Shown here one piece after another: positions 1-8,000 of a stretch of DNA of 38,570 nucleotides. The notes under the pieces were generated by a model. That model made no database searches, was not told the origin of the DNA, and was given only the letters and a program-made list of their open reading frames with translations. This DNA comes from Armatimonadota bacterium (GTDB lineage: Bacteria; Sysuimicrobiota; Sysuimicrobiia; Sysuimicrobiales; Kaftiobacteriaceae): positions 1 to 38,570 of the forward strand of contig JBBIUY010000029.1 in NCBI GenBank assembly GCA_037440005.1. The letters run 5' to 3'. The stretch's first letter is position 1. Each line of letters begins with the position of its first letter. The translations under genes were made by a program, and so were the position numbers.

Positions 1-963
1 TCAGCGGCGGGGCGGCGTCCACCCCCACACGGGTAGCAGCGTGTCCACCGGCGCGTAGTCGTCGGTCAGCAGCGGCACGTCGGCGGTGGGGATGGGGCTG
101 TCGTAGTAGTCGGATGCGTACCGCACGAAGTCCCGGTAGGTGACCCGGGGCGCCACCTGCCGCGCGCGGGCGAGGACCTGGTCCCGGTCCAGCCCCGCCT
201 CGGCGGTGGCCACCAGCAGGATGTTGCGGATGGTGTCGGCATCCAGGTAGGGCCGGAACGCGGTGGGAAAGGGGTACAGCCCGGCGAACACCTGGGCGAA
301 CGTCTTGTACATGGCCCTGAACAGGGCGCTGCGGGGGCCGTCCAGCGCCCCGATGATGTTGGAGACCACCACGCCTTGGGGGGCCAGGCGCGACCGGACC
401 AGACGCACGAACTCCACCGTGGTCAGGTGGAAGGGGATGGAGTCGGCGAAGTAGGCGTCCAGGACGATGAGGTCGTACCGCTGTCCGGTCCGCAGGAGGA
501 ACTGGCGTCCGTCCTGCACGGTCACCGGCAGGCGGGGGTCGTCGGGCACGGCGAAAAAGCGCCGCGCCACCGTCACCACCAGGGGGTCCAGCTCGGCGGT
601 CTCCACGATCATCTCGGGGTAGTCCCGCCAGAACCGCTTCTGGATCGACCCGCCGCCCAGGCCCACCACCAGCACCCGCCGGGGCCGGGGCTGAAAGATC
701 AAACCCAGGTGCGCGTAGGCCGGATACAGGAACGGGCTGTCAAACGGATCGGCCAGGTACATGCCGCTCTGGAAGGACCTGTCAAACCGCAGGTAGCGGG
801 CCACGCTGTCCTCGGCCACCACGATGTGGTGGTAGACGCTGTCGGCCTGGAAGATCACCCGGAACCCCCCGACGCCCGGGAGGGCCCCCGGGGTGGACGC
901 GGGAAGAATCGCCGTCGAGGCGACGATAACAAAGACGAGGACCAGTTCCCGAGGGGCTCTCAC
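1..963 (-). CDS. Spermidine synthase-like class I SAM-dependent methyltransferase (stand-alone version of the C-terminal domain of MFS/spermidine synthase fusions), hydrophobic N-terminus
   Basis: 320 aa ORF. SAM-binding VLVVGLGGG, AELDP, DGRQFL, YDLIVLDAY and C-terminal LTDDYAPVD motifs typical of the family. Confidence 0.8.
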   Translation of the reverse strand: MRAPRELVLVFVIVASTAILPASTPGALPGVGGFRVIFQADSVYHHIVVAEDSVARYLRFDRSFQSGMYLADPFDSPFLYPAYAHLGLIFQPRPRRVLVVGLGGGSIQKRFWRDYPEMIVETAELDPLVVTVARRFFAVPDDPRLPVTVQDGRQFLLRTGQRYDLIVLDAYFADSIPFHLTTVEFVRLVRSRLAPQGVVVSNIIGALDGPRSALFRAMYKTFAQVFAGLYPFPTAFRPYLDADTIRNILLVATAEAGLDRDQVLARARQVAPRVTYRDFVRYASDYYDSPIPTADVPLLTDDYAPVDTLLPVWGWTPPRR

Positions 964-969
964 ATGCCT

Positions 970-975
970 ATTCTA
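970..975 (-). promoter_or_regulatory. Putative -10 element (TAGAAT) 6 nt before the GTG start; probable leaderless mRNA
   Basis: Minus strand reads ...ccttgTAGAATaggcatGTG; no SD between the hexamer and the start. Confidence 0.5.
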
Positions 976-1002
976 CAAGGAAAGACTGTCCGGAGGTGCG
1001 CG

Positions 1003-1467
1003 ATGGCCGAGCCCGTCTACGTCGCCCGCGTGAAGGTCGTCCAGGAGAAGCGTCCCCGCCGGCGCGCCCACATAGCGCCCTTTGAGCAGCCCGTCTACTT
1101 CGGCGTCCACTCGGAGGTGGCGTCCTTCTACCAGATCACCCCCGACGAGCAGCTGCCGTCGACGCTGGACTATCTGGTGGCCGCCGCCGCCGGCTGACTG
1201 ACCGGCACCCTGGCCGGCGCGCTGGAGGCGCGCGGGATACCCAGCTACCCCGACAAACTGTGGACCGAGGCCGAGGGGACCGTGGAGGCTCCGGACGGCG
1301 TGCTGAAGGTCACCCGCATCCGGGTCACGTACCACCTGAGGATTCCCGCGGGCCGGCGGGACCAGGTGGAGCGGATCCTGCCGGTGTTCGACCGCCGCTG
1401 CCCGGTGGCCCAGACCCTGCGGGGCTGCGTGGCCATCGAGCACGCCTGGGAGATCACGGAAGAGTAG
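1003..1467 (+). CDS. OsmC/Ohr-family peroxiredoxin-like protein, probable selenoprotein (in-frame TGA 1195-1197 = Sec65), 154 aa
   Basis: SD GGAGGT 992-997, ATG 1003. The frame stays open after TGA (STLDYLVAAAAG-U-LTGTLAGALEARGI) and joins track ORF 1282..1467, which carries the second OsmC Cys motif RRCPVAQTL (Cys133). The TGA sits at the first catalytic Cys position of the family. Confidence 0.85.
1210..1244 (+). promoter_or_regulatory. Candidate bacterial SECIS hairpin
   Basis: GCGCGC(1217-1222)-loop TGGAG-GCGCGC(1228-1233), extended by CC/GG and CTGG(1210-1213)/CCAG(1241-1244). The apical loop begins 25 nt after the TGA and has G at position 2. Confidence 0.65.
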
Positions 1468-1559
1468 GGCCGGCCGTCGCCCGGGCAGGGACCCGCCCCG
1501 GTCCGCCGAAGTGGACCTGCGATCCCCGCGGTGGATCCTGCATGGCGGAGGTGAGCCCC

Positions 1560-2492
1560 ATGGGCCGAACCCATTTCCTGCCCTCCGAGAAGGTGCACTA
1601 CGCCTGGAACAACCGCCTGGCTCCCGCGCTGGAGGTGTCCTCCGGCGACACGGTGGTGTTCGACCTGCGGGAGGTGACCGACAACCAGATCACGCCCCGC
1701 TCCACCGCCGACGACCTGACGCGATTGGACTGGAGCCGGATCTATCCTCTGGGCGGGCCGGTCTTCGTCGCCAGCGCCCGTCCCGGCGACACGCTGGAGG
1801 TGGAGATCCTCGACCTGCACCCCAAGGGCTGGGGGTGGACCGGCATCATCCCCGGCTTCGGATTGCTGGAAGACGAGTTCACCACCCCCTACCTGCGCAT
1901 CTGGGACCTGTCGGCCGGCGACCACACCACCCTCCACGAGAACATCCGCATCCCCCTGGATCCCTTCTGCGGCACCATGGGCGTCGCGCCCGCCGAGCCC
2001 GGCGAGCACCCGGTGATGCCTCCGGGCACGTTCGGCGGCAACATGGACATCCGTCACCTGACCCGGGGGACGCGGCTGCTGCTGCCCGTGCAGGTGGAGG
2101 GGGCGCTGTTTTCCTGCGGGGACTGCCACGCCGCCCAGGGCGACGGCGAGGTGTGCGTCACCGGGATCGAGGCGCCCATGCACGTGGCGGTGCGCCTGTG
2201 GGTGCGCCGCGACCTGTCGGTCCCCGAGCCCCAGTTCATCACCCCGGGGCCGCTCACCCGGAAGTACGACGCGCGGGGCTACTACGCCACCACCGGCATC
2301 TCGCCCGACCTGATGGAAGCCGCCCGCAAGGCCGTGCGCCACATGATCGCCTACCTCACCCGGACGCACCACCTGACGCCCGAGGACGCCTACGTCCTGT
2401 GCAGCGTGGCCGTGGACCTGAAGATCAGCGAGGTGGTGGACAAGCCCAACTGGATCGTCACCGCCTACCTTCCCCAGGCCCTGTTCGCCTAG
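1560..2492 (+). CDS. Acetamidase/formamidase family protein
   Basis: SD GGAGGTG before ATG 1560. Motifs GPVFV..ARPGDTLEVEI, FGGNMD, GDCHAAQGDGEVCVTGIE, LCSVAVDLKISEVVD. Confidence 0.9.
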   Translation: MGRTHFLPSEKVHYAWNNRLAPALEVSSGDTVVFDLREVTDNQITPRSTADDLTRLDWSRIYPLGGPVFVASARPGDTLEVEILDLHPKGWGWTGIIPGFGLLEDEFTTPYLRIWDLSAGDHTTLHENIRIPLDPFCGTMGVAPAEPGEHPVMPPGTFGGNMDIRHLTRGTRLLLPVQVEGALFSCGDCHAAQGDGEVCVTGIEAPMHVAVRLWVRRDLSVPEPQFITPGPLTRKYDARGYYATTGISPDLMEAARKAVRHMIAYLTRTHHLTPEDAYVLCSVAVDLKISEVVDKPNWIVTAYLPQALFA

Positions 2493-2586
2493 GACCGATG
2501 GCCGACCGGCGGCCGTCCCTCCGGATCCGGGATCTCCCGCCCTCAGACGCCCGGCGGTTTCCTGCGGGCGACTGAGGACGCGCGCC

Positions 2587-5487
2587 GTGACCGGCGACGC
2601 CTCCCGCCTCCAGCGCCTGGGTCGCCACCTGGCCCGCACCGTCCGCGGGCAGGTGCGCTTCGACCAGGTGAGCCGGGTCCTGTACAGCACCGACGCCAGC
2701 ATCTACCAGATCCTGCCCCTGGGCGTGGTGATCCCTCAGGATGCGGACGACGTGGCGGCGACCCTGCGCCTGTGCGCGGAGGAGGGCGTCCCGGTGCTCC
2801 CCCGGGGCGCCGGCACGAGCCTGGCGGGACAGTCCATCGGCCGGGCGGTGGTGATCGACTGTTCCCGGTGGATGGACCGCATCCTGGAGATCGACCCCTC
2901 GGCCCGCCTCGCGCGGGTGCAGCCGGGGGTGGTGCAGGACGCCCTCAACGCCGCGGCGGCGGCCTACGGCCTGCGGCTGGGACCCGATACCGCCACCAGC
3001 AACCGCGCCACCCTGGGCGGGATGATCGGCAACAACTCGGCGGGGATGCGCTCGATCGTGTACGGCAAGATGGTGGACCACGTGGTGGGCCTGCGGGTGC
3101 TGCTGTGGGACGGCGCCGAGCTGACCGTCGGCCCCCTGGACGATGAGGCGCTGCAGGCGAAGAGGCGGGAGCCCTCCCGGGAAGGAGCCCTGTACCGGGC
3201 CGTGCTGGAGGAGGTGGAGGCGCATCGGGAGGAGATCGAGCGGCGCTACCCGCGGCTGATGCGACGGGTGGCGGGTTACAACCTGCCCGAACTCCTGCTG
3301 CGCCCGTTCAACCTCTCCCGGCTGCTGGTGGGCTCCGAGGGCACCCTGGGCGTGGTCACCGAGGCCACGGTGCGGCTGGTCCCCCGGCCGTCCTGCGCCG
3401 GGGTGGCCGTCGTCCACTTCGCCGACCTGTTCGACGCCCTGGAGGCGGTGCCGGCCATTTTGCCCCTGGGTCCCTCGGCGGTGGAGCTGATCGACCGCCA
3501 GGTCCTGGAGATGACCCGGGCGCAGCTGGACTACGCGCGCCGCATGACCTTCGTGCAAGGCGACCCGGCGGCGCTGCTGGTGGTGGAGTTCTCCGGCGAC
3601 CGCCCCGAGCAGGTCCGCGACCGCCTGGACAGCTTGGAACGGGCGCTGCAGGCGACAGGCGCGGGATACGCGGTGGTGCGGGCCGACGACCCCGCCGCCC
3701 AGGACAACATCTGGCAGGTCCGCAAGGCGGGCCAGGGTCTGCTGCAGGGGATCCGCGGGGACAGCAAGCCCATCACCTTCGTGGAGGACACGGCGGTGCC
3801 GCCCGAGCGTCTGGCCGCGTACATCCGCCGGATGACGGCCATCCTGGACCGCCACGGCGTCCGGGCGGCCGTCTACGCCCACGCCAGCGTGGGCTGCCTG
3901 CACGTGCGCCCCTACATCAACCTCAAAGACGCCCGCGAGATCGCCACCATGCGGGCCATCGCCGAAGAGGTGGGCGCCCTGGTCCTGGAGTTCGGCGGGG
4001 CGTTCTCCGGCGAGCACGGGGACGGCCTGGTGCGCTCGTGGTTCCTGGAGCGCTACTACGGCCCGGTCATCTACGGGGCGTTCCGCCGGATCAAGCGCGC
4101 CTTCGACCCCCACGGCCTCCTGAACCCCGGCAAGATCGTGGACCCGCCGGCCATGACCGACAACCTCCGCTACGGCCCCGGATACCGCCCGGTGGAGGTG
4201 CCCACCGCGTTTGACTGGAGCCGGGACGGCGGGTTTGCCCGGGCCGTGGAGATGTGCAGCGGGGTGGGCGCCTGCCGCAAGCTCGCCGACGGCACCATGT
4301 GCCCGTCGTTCATGGTCACCCGGGAGGAGATGCACTCGACCCGCGGCCGGGCCAACCTGCTGCGGGCGGCGCTGTCGGGCGTGCTGCCCCCCGACGCACT
4401 GGTCGGCCGGGCCGTGTACGAGGCTTTGGACCTGTGCCTGGAGTGCAAGGGGTGCAAGGCCGAGTGTCCCGCCACCGTGGACATGGCGCGGCTGAAGGCC
4501 GAGGTCCTGGCCCGCCACCACCAGGCCCACGGGGTGCCCCTGCGGGCGTGGCTGTTCGCCCACGTCCACCGTCTGAGCCGCCTGGGATCGCAGAGCGCCC
4601 CGGTGTCCACGTGGCTGGTGCAGTCGGCGCCCGTCCGCTGGCTGCTGGACCGCGCCGTGGGCATTGACCGGCGCCGCCGCCTGCCCGCCTATGCCCGGCC
4701 GACGTTCGACGCCTGGTGGCGGGGCAGGGCCTCCCCGCGGAGGGCCGCGGCGGCCGACGGGCGTCCCCGGGTGGCGCTGTTTGCGGACACCTTCATGCGG
4801 TATCACTACCCCGAGGTGGGCCGCGCCGCCGTCGCGCTGCTGGAGCACCTGGGCTACCAGGTGGAGGTCCCGCCGGTGACCTGCTGCGGGCGGCCGATGA
4901 TCAGCAAGGGGCTGCTGGGAGCGGCCCGCGCTCACGCCCGCGACAACGTGGACCGGCTGGCGGCCTACGCGGCAGACGGCGTGCCCGTGGTGGGGTGCGA
5001 GCCCTCCTGCCTGCTCACCTTCCGCGACGAGGTGCCCGACCTCGTGCCCGGGGACCGGGCGGACCTGGTGGCGCGCCACGCGCTGCTGGTGGACGAGTTC
5101 CTCCACCGCCACGTCCAGCAGCACGGCTGGCCCGCCGCTTCCGCCGCCCCGGAGCGGAAGGTGTTTCTCCACGGCCACTGTCATCAGAAAGCCCTGGTGG
5201 GCCTGCGGCCGGCGCGGGAGGTCCTCCAGGCGGCCGGCTTCCACGTGGAGGAGGTGGACGCCGGTTGCTGCGGCATGGCCGGATCGTTCGGGTTTGAGCG
5301 GGAGCACTACGACCTGTCCCTGGCCATCGGCGAGCGGCGCCTGCTGCCGGCGGTCCGGTCGCTGCCCCCGGACGTGCCGGTGGTGGCCATGGGCGTGTCC
5401 TGCCGCCAGCAGATCGCCCACGGCACCGGCCGGCGGGCCGTGCACCTGGTGGAACTGCTGGCCGGATCGCTGGGCCTGTCATCCTGA
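2587..5487 (+). CDS. FAD-binding and Fe-S-binding oxidoreductase (GlcD/Dld/YdiJ-like, with C-terminal CCG domains)
   Basis: YSTDASIY, PRGAGTSLAGQ, GEHGDG, LNPGK, CSGVGAC, CLECKGCKAECP, CCGRP, HGHCHQ and CCGMAGSFG motifs in a 966 aa ORF. Confidence 0.9.
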   Translation: MTGDASRLQRLGRHLARTVRGQVRFDQVSRVLYSTDASIYQILPLGVVIPQDADDVAATLRLCAEEGVPVLPRGAGTSLAGQSIGRAVVIDCSRWMDRILEIDPSARLARVQPGVVQDALNAAAAAYGLRLGPDTATSNRATLGGMIGNNSAGMRSIVYGKMVDHVVGLRVLLWDGAELTVGPLDDEALQAKRREPSREGALYRAVLEEVEAHREEIERRYPRLMRRVAGYNLPELLLRPFNLSRLLVGSEGTLGVVTEATVRLVPRPSCAGVAVVHFADLFDALEAVPAILPLGPSAVELIDRQVLEMTRAQLDYARRMTFVQGDPAALLVVEFSGDRPEQVRDRLDSLERALQATGAGYAVVRADDPAAQDNIWQVRKAGQGLLQGIRGDSKPITFVEDTAVPPERLAAYIRRMTAILDRHGVRAAVYAHASVGCLHVRPYINLKDAREIATMRAIAEEVGALVLEFGGAFSGEHGDGLVRSWFLERYYGPVIYGAFRRIKRAFDPHGLLNPGKIVDPPAMTDNLRYGPGYRPVEVPTAFDWSRDGGFARAVEMCSGVGACRKLADGTMCPSFMVTREEMHSTRGRANLLRAALSGVLPPDALVGRAVYEALDLCLECKGCKAECPATVDMARLKAEVLARHHQAHGVPLRAWLFAHVHRLSRLGSQSAPVSTWLVQSAPVRWLLDRAVGIDRRRRLPAYARPTFDAWWRGRASPRRAAAADGRPRVALFADTFMRYHYPEVGRAAVALLEHLGYQVEVPPVTCCGRPMISKGLLGAARAHARDNVDRLAAYAADGVPVVGCEPSCLLTFRDEVPDLVPGDRADLVARHALLVDEFLHRHVQQHGWPAASAAPERKVFLHGHCHQKALVGLRPAREVLQAAGFHVEEVDAGCCGMAGSFGFEREHYDLSLAIGERRLLPAVRSLPPDVPVVAMGVSCRQQIAHGTGRRAVHLVELLAGSLGLSS

Positions 5488-5523
5488 CGGACATCTGCGG
5501 AACGCGCCGCGCGCGGCGCGCGC

Positions 5524-5529
5524 TATAAT
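5524..5529 (+). promoter_or_regulatory. Consensus -10 element TATAAT for the downstream exported protein
   Basis: Perfect TATAAT in GC-rich DNA 40 nt before ATG 5569; SD GGAGGT at 5556-5561. Confidence 0.6.
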
Positions 5530-5568
5530 AGCGGTTGATCCCACGCGTGTGACCCGGAGGTGGTCTCG

Positions 5569-5976
5569 ATGCGGGCGCTGGCGTGCGTTGCAGCCGTCCT
5601 CGTGGCGCTGGCGGGACCGACCCCGTCCGCTTTCGCCCAGAACGGCGGAGACTCCCTCATCTTCCAGCGCATTGCGGCGGTGTACGGCTCGTCCTTCGCC
5701 GACCTGGAGTCGCTGGTCCGGCAGATGCGGGCCGACGGGATGGGGTGGGGCGAGATCATCATGGTCCTCCAGCTGGCGATGCTGTCCGGCCGCACCGTGG
5801 ACGACATCCGCGCCCTGCGGGACGCCGGCCTGGGCTACGGTGAAATCGCCCGGCAGCTGGGCATCCACCCCGGAGAGCTGGGCAAGGCCGTGGCCGCCGT
5901 GATGTCCGAGGGCCGCTCGGCCGAAGGGCTGGAGCGGGCCGCCTCCGCCCGCGAGCGCGCCCGCGGCCGCCCCTGA
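5569..5976 (+). CDS. Secreted hypothetical protein with two GxG(W/Y)GEI helical repeats
   Basis: Signal peptide ending SAFA-Q; repeats GMGWGEII and GLGYGEIARQLGIHPG; SD and promoter present. Confidence 0.7.
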   Translation: MRALACVAAVLVALAGPTPSAFAQNGGDSLIFQRIAAVYGSSFADLESLVRQMRADGMGWGEIIMVLQLAMLSGRTVDDIRALRDAGLGYGEIARQLGIHPGELGKAVAAVMSEGRSAEGLERAASARERARGRP

Positions 5977-6112
5977 GGACCGTCCGCGTCTGTAGCTATC
6001 TTTCTGCACCGTCAGGGGGAAGATCGCGGAGCCACCCCCCCGTCACCCGCAGCACCTTCTCCCGGACAGAGGAAGCCAGCAGGGAAAATTCTCCCAGGGA
6101 GAGAATAAGCTA

Positions 6113-6126
6113 GACGTCTAGACGTC
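6113..6126 (+). promoter_or_regulatory. GntR/HutC-type operator, perfect 14-bp palindrome GACGTCTAGACGTC
   Basis: Core GTCTAGAC matches the HutC-subfamily GT-N-TA-N-AC pattern; lies 27 bp upstream of the gntR ATG. Confidence 0.7.
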
Positions 6127-6153
6127 CAAATCTCTTTGGGACGCCCACCTGTC

Positions 6154-6897
6154 ATGGCGCACCTGGCCGTCCTTCCCACCCGCATCGAGCGGGCCAGCGC
6201 GGTTCCCATCTATTACCAGATCCAGCAGCACTTCCGGGACCTCATCGAAAGCGGGCGGCTGCGGCCCGGCGACGCCCTGCCGCCGGAGTCGCTGCTGGCT
6301 TCCAGGCTTGGCGTCAGCAAGATGACCGTCCGGCAGGCGATGCGGGAACTGGAGGTGGCCGGGTTGATCACCCGCTCGCGCGGCCGGGGGACCTTCGTGG
6401 CCTTTCCCCGCATGCGACACGAGCTCCGCCGCCTGACGGGATTCACCGAGGACGTCTCTGCCCGCGGCATGGTTCCCGGCGCGCAGGTGCTGTTCTTCGG
6501 CGAGGTGCCGGCCAGCTCAGACGTGGCCGGGCCGCTGGGGCTGGACCCGGGTGCCCGTGTCCTGCGGGTCCGCCGGCTTCGGCTGGCCGACGGGAAGCCT
6601 GCGGCGCTGCACGACAGCTACCTGCGGGGGGTGAGAGTGGACCGCCAGGCGCTGGAGCGCTCCGGCTCCCTGTACGCGCTGCTGGAGGCCCAGGGCGTCC
6701 GGCTGGCGGAGGCCGAGGAAACCATCGAGGCGGTGGCGGCAACCCGGCAGGAGGCCCGGTGGCTGGGGCTGAAAGCCGGCGCGCCGCTGCTGCTGGTGTC
6801 GCGCACGGTGTACGCGGAGACGGGACAGCCCGTGGAGTTCGTGCGGGCCTTGTACCGGGCGGATTTCTACCGCTACTCGGTCCGGCTGCGACGGTAG
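6154..6897 (+). CDS. GntR-family transcriptional regulator (HutC subfamily, UTRA domain)
   Basis: PIYYQI, LPPESLLASRLGVSKMTVRQAM, GRGTFV and C-terminal PVEFVRALYRAD. Confidence 0.92.
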   Translation: MAHLAVLPTRIERASAVPIYYQIQQHFRDLIESGRLRPGDALPPESLLASRLGVSKMTVRQAMRELEVAGLITRSRGRGTFVAFPRMRHELRRLTGFTEDVSARGMVPGAQVLFFGEVPASSDVAGPLGLDPGARVLRVRRLRLADGKPAALHDSYLRGVRVDRQALERSGSLYALLEAQGVRLAEAEETIEAVAATRQEARWLGLKAGAPLLLVSRTVYAETGQPVEFVRALYRADFYRYSVRLRR

Positions 6898-6926
6898 CGC
6901 AGCGGGACTGAAAAGAGGGGGAGAGC

Positions 6927-7961
6927 GTGAGGGTGAGAGAGGTCGTGCAGGCGTGTGCGGTCGTGATGGTGCTGTTCCTGACCGTCGTTCTCGGAACCGG
7001 GGCGAGTACGGCAGGACCCGCCACCAAGAAAGTGGCCCTGGTCATCGCCCAGGGCGGGCTGGGCGACCGGTCCTACAACGATTCCGGGTTCGCTGGCCTC
7101 ACCAAAGCCGCCCAGGACTTCGGTGTGGAGGTAAAGGCCATCGAGTCCCGCGATCCCGTCGGACAGGGCGAACAACTGCTCAGGCAGGCGGCCCGGGCGG
7201 GCTTTGACCTGGTCATCACCCTGGAGTTCACCCATTTTGAGCCCCTGGCCCGGGTGGCGCCGGACTTCCCCCAGGTGATGTTCTCCATCCTCAACATCGC
7301 CGTGGACAAGCCCAACGTGGTCTCGGTAATCTTCAAAGAGCACGAGGGATCTTTCCTGGCCGGTGCGCTGGCCGCCATGGTGACCAAGGACCCGAAGATC
7401 CCCGGGACCAACCCGCAGAAGATCATCGGGGTCATCGGGGGTACCAAGTCGGTGGGCATCGACAAGTTCATCGTGGGCTACGAGGAAGGCGCCAAGTTCA
7501 TCGACAAGGAGACCCGGGTGCTGGTGAGCTACTCCAACACCTTCGGTGACCCCGCCAAGGGCAAAGAGCTGGCCCTCGCGCAGTTCAATCAGGGAGCCGA
7601 CATCGTCTACCAGGTGGCCGGAGGCACCGGCGAAGGCGTGATTGCCGCGGCCAAGGAGGTTGGCCGGTACGCCATCGGCGTCGACTCCGACCAAGACTAT
7701 CTGGCGCCGGGCCATGTGCTGACCAGCATGCTCAAGCGGGTGGACCTGGCGGTCTACGACCTGATCCAGAAGCTGGTTCGGGGACAGCTGCGGGGCGGGA
7801 CCGTCATCACCCTGGGGCTGAAGGAGGGCGGGGTGGGCCTCAGCGAGATGAAGTTCACCCGCCACCTGATCCCCAAGGCCTACCTGGACCGGGTCGAGCA
7901 GCTACGCAGAGACATCATCGCCGGAAAGATCACCGTGACCGACATCACCCAGAAGAAGTAG
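6927..7961 (+). CDS. BMP-family ABC transporter substrate-binding protein (nucleoside type)
   Basis: Signal peptide, GGLGDRSYND, FKEHEGSFLAG, AIGVDSDQ, TSMLKRVD. Confidence 0.92.
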   Translation: MRVREVVQACAVVMVLFLTVVLGTGASTAGPATKKVALVIAQGGLGDRSYNDSGFAGLTKAAQDFGVEVKAIESRDPVGQGEQLLRQAARAGFDLVITLEFTHFEPLARVAPDFPQVMFSILNIAVDKPNVVSVIFKEHEGSFLAGALAAMVTKDPKIPGTNPQKIIGVIGGTKSVGIDKFIVGYEEGAKFIDKETRVLVSYSNTFGDPAKGKELALAQFNQGADIVYQVAGGTGEGVIAAAKEVGRYAIGVDSDQDYLAPGHVLTSMLKRVDLAVYDLIQKLVRGQLRGGTVITLGLKEGGVGLSEMKFTRHLIPKAYLDRVEQLRRDIIAGKITVTDITQKK

Positions 7962-7992
7962 CCGGTGGGGGCCGGGTCCCCGGCCCCCCGGC
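7961..7992 (+). terminator. Intercistronic GC stem-loop after the substrate-binding gene (mRNA stabiliser or partial terminator)
   Basis: GGGGGCCGG(7967-7975)-GTCC-CCGGCCCCC(7980-7988) plus outer GCCG/CGGC; no U tract. Confidence 0.45.
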
Positions 7993-8000
7993 ATCCCCCC

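Noticed and set aside
1195..1197. Genome-wide TGA reassignment (genetic code 4 or 25) as the explanation for the read-through
   Set aside because: Many intact genes here end in TGA at the expected family C-terminus (e.g. 5487, 9509, 17853, 31834, 32338), so TGA is normally a stop.
376..1197. Track ORFs 376..1197, 973..1443 and 1282..1467 as separate genes
   Set aside because: They are the antisense shadow of the methyltransferase, an antisense shadow of the OsmC-like gene, and fragments of the single OsmC-like frame.
2458..5445. Very long antisense ORFs (also 32263..35076, 30557..32134, 26977..28455)
   Set aside because: Mirror frames of real high-GC genes, with no recognisable motifs or start signals.
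5503..5520. Perfect 18-bp palindrome CGCGCCGCGCGCGGCGCG
   Set aside because: Low-complexity pure GC sequence with no U tract and no second copy; cannot be called an operator or terminator.
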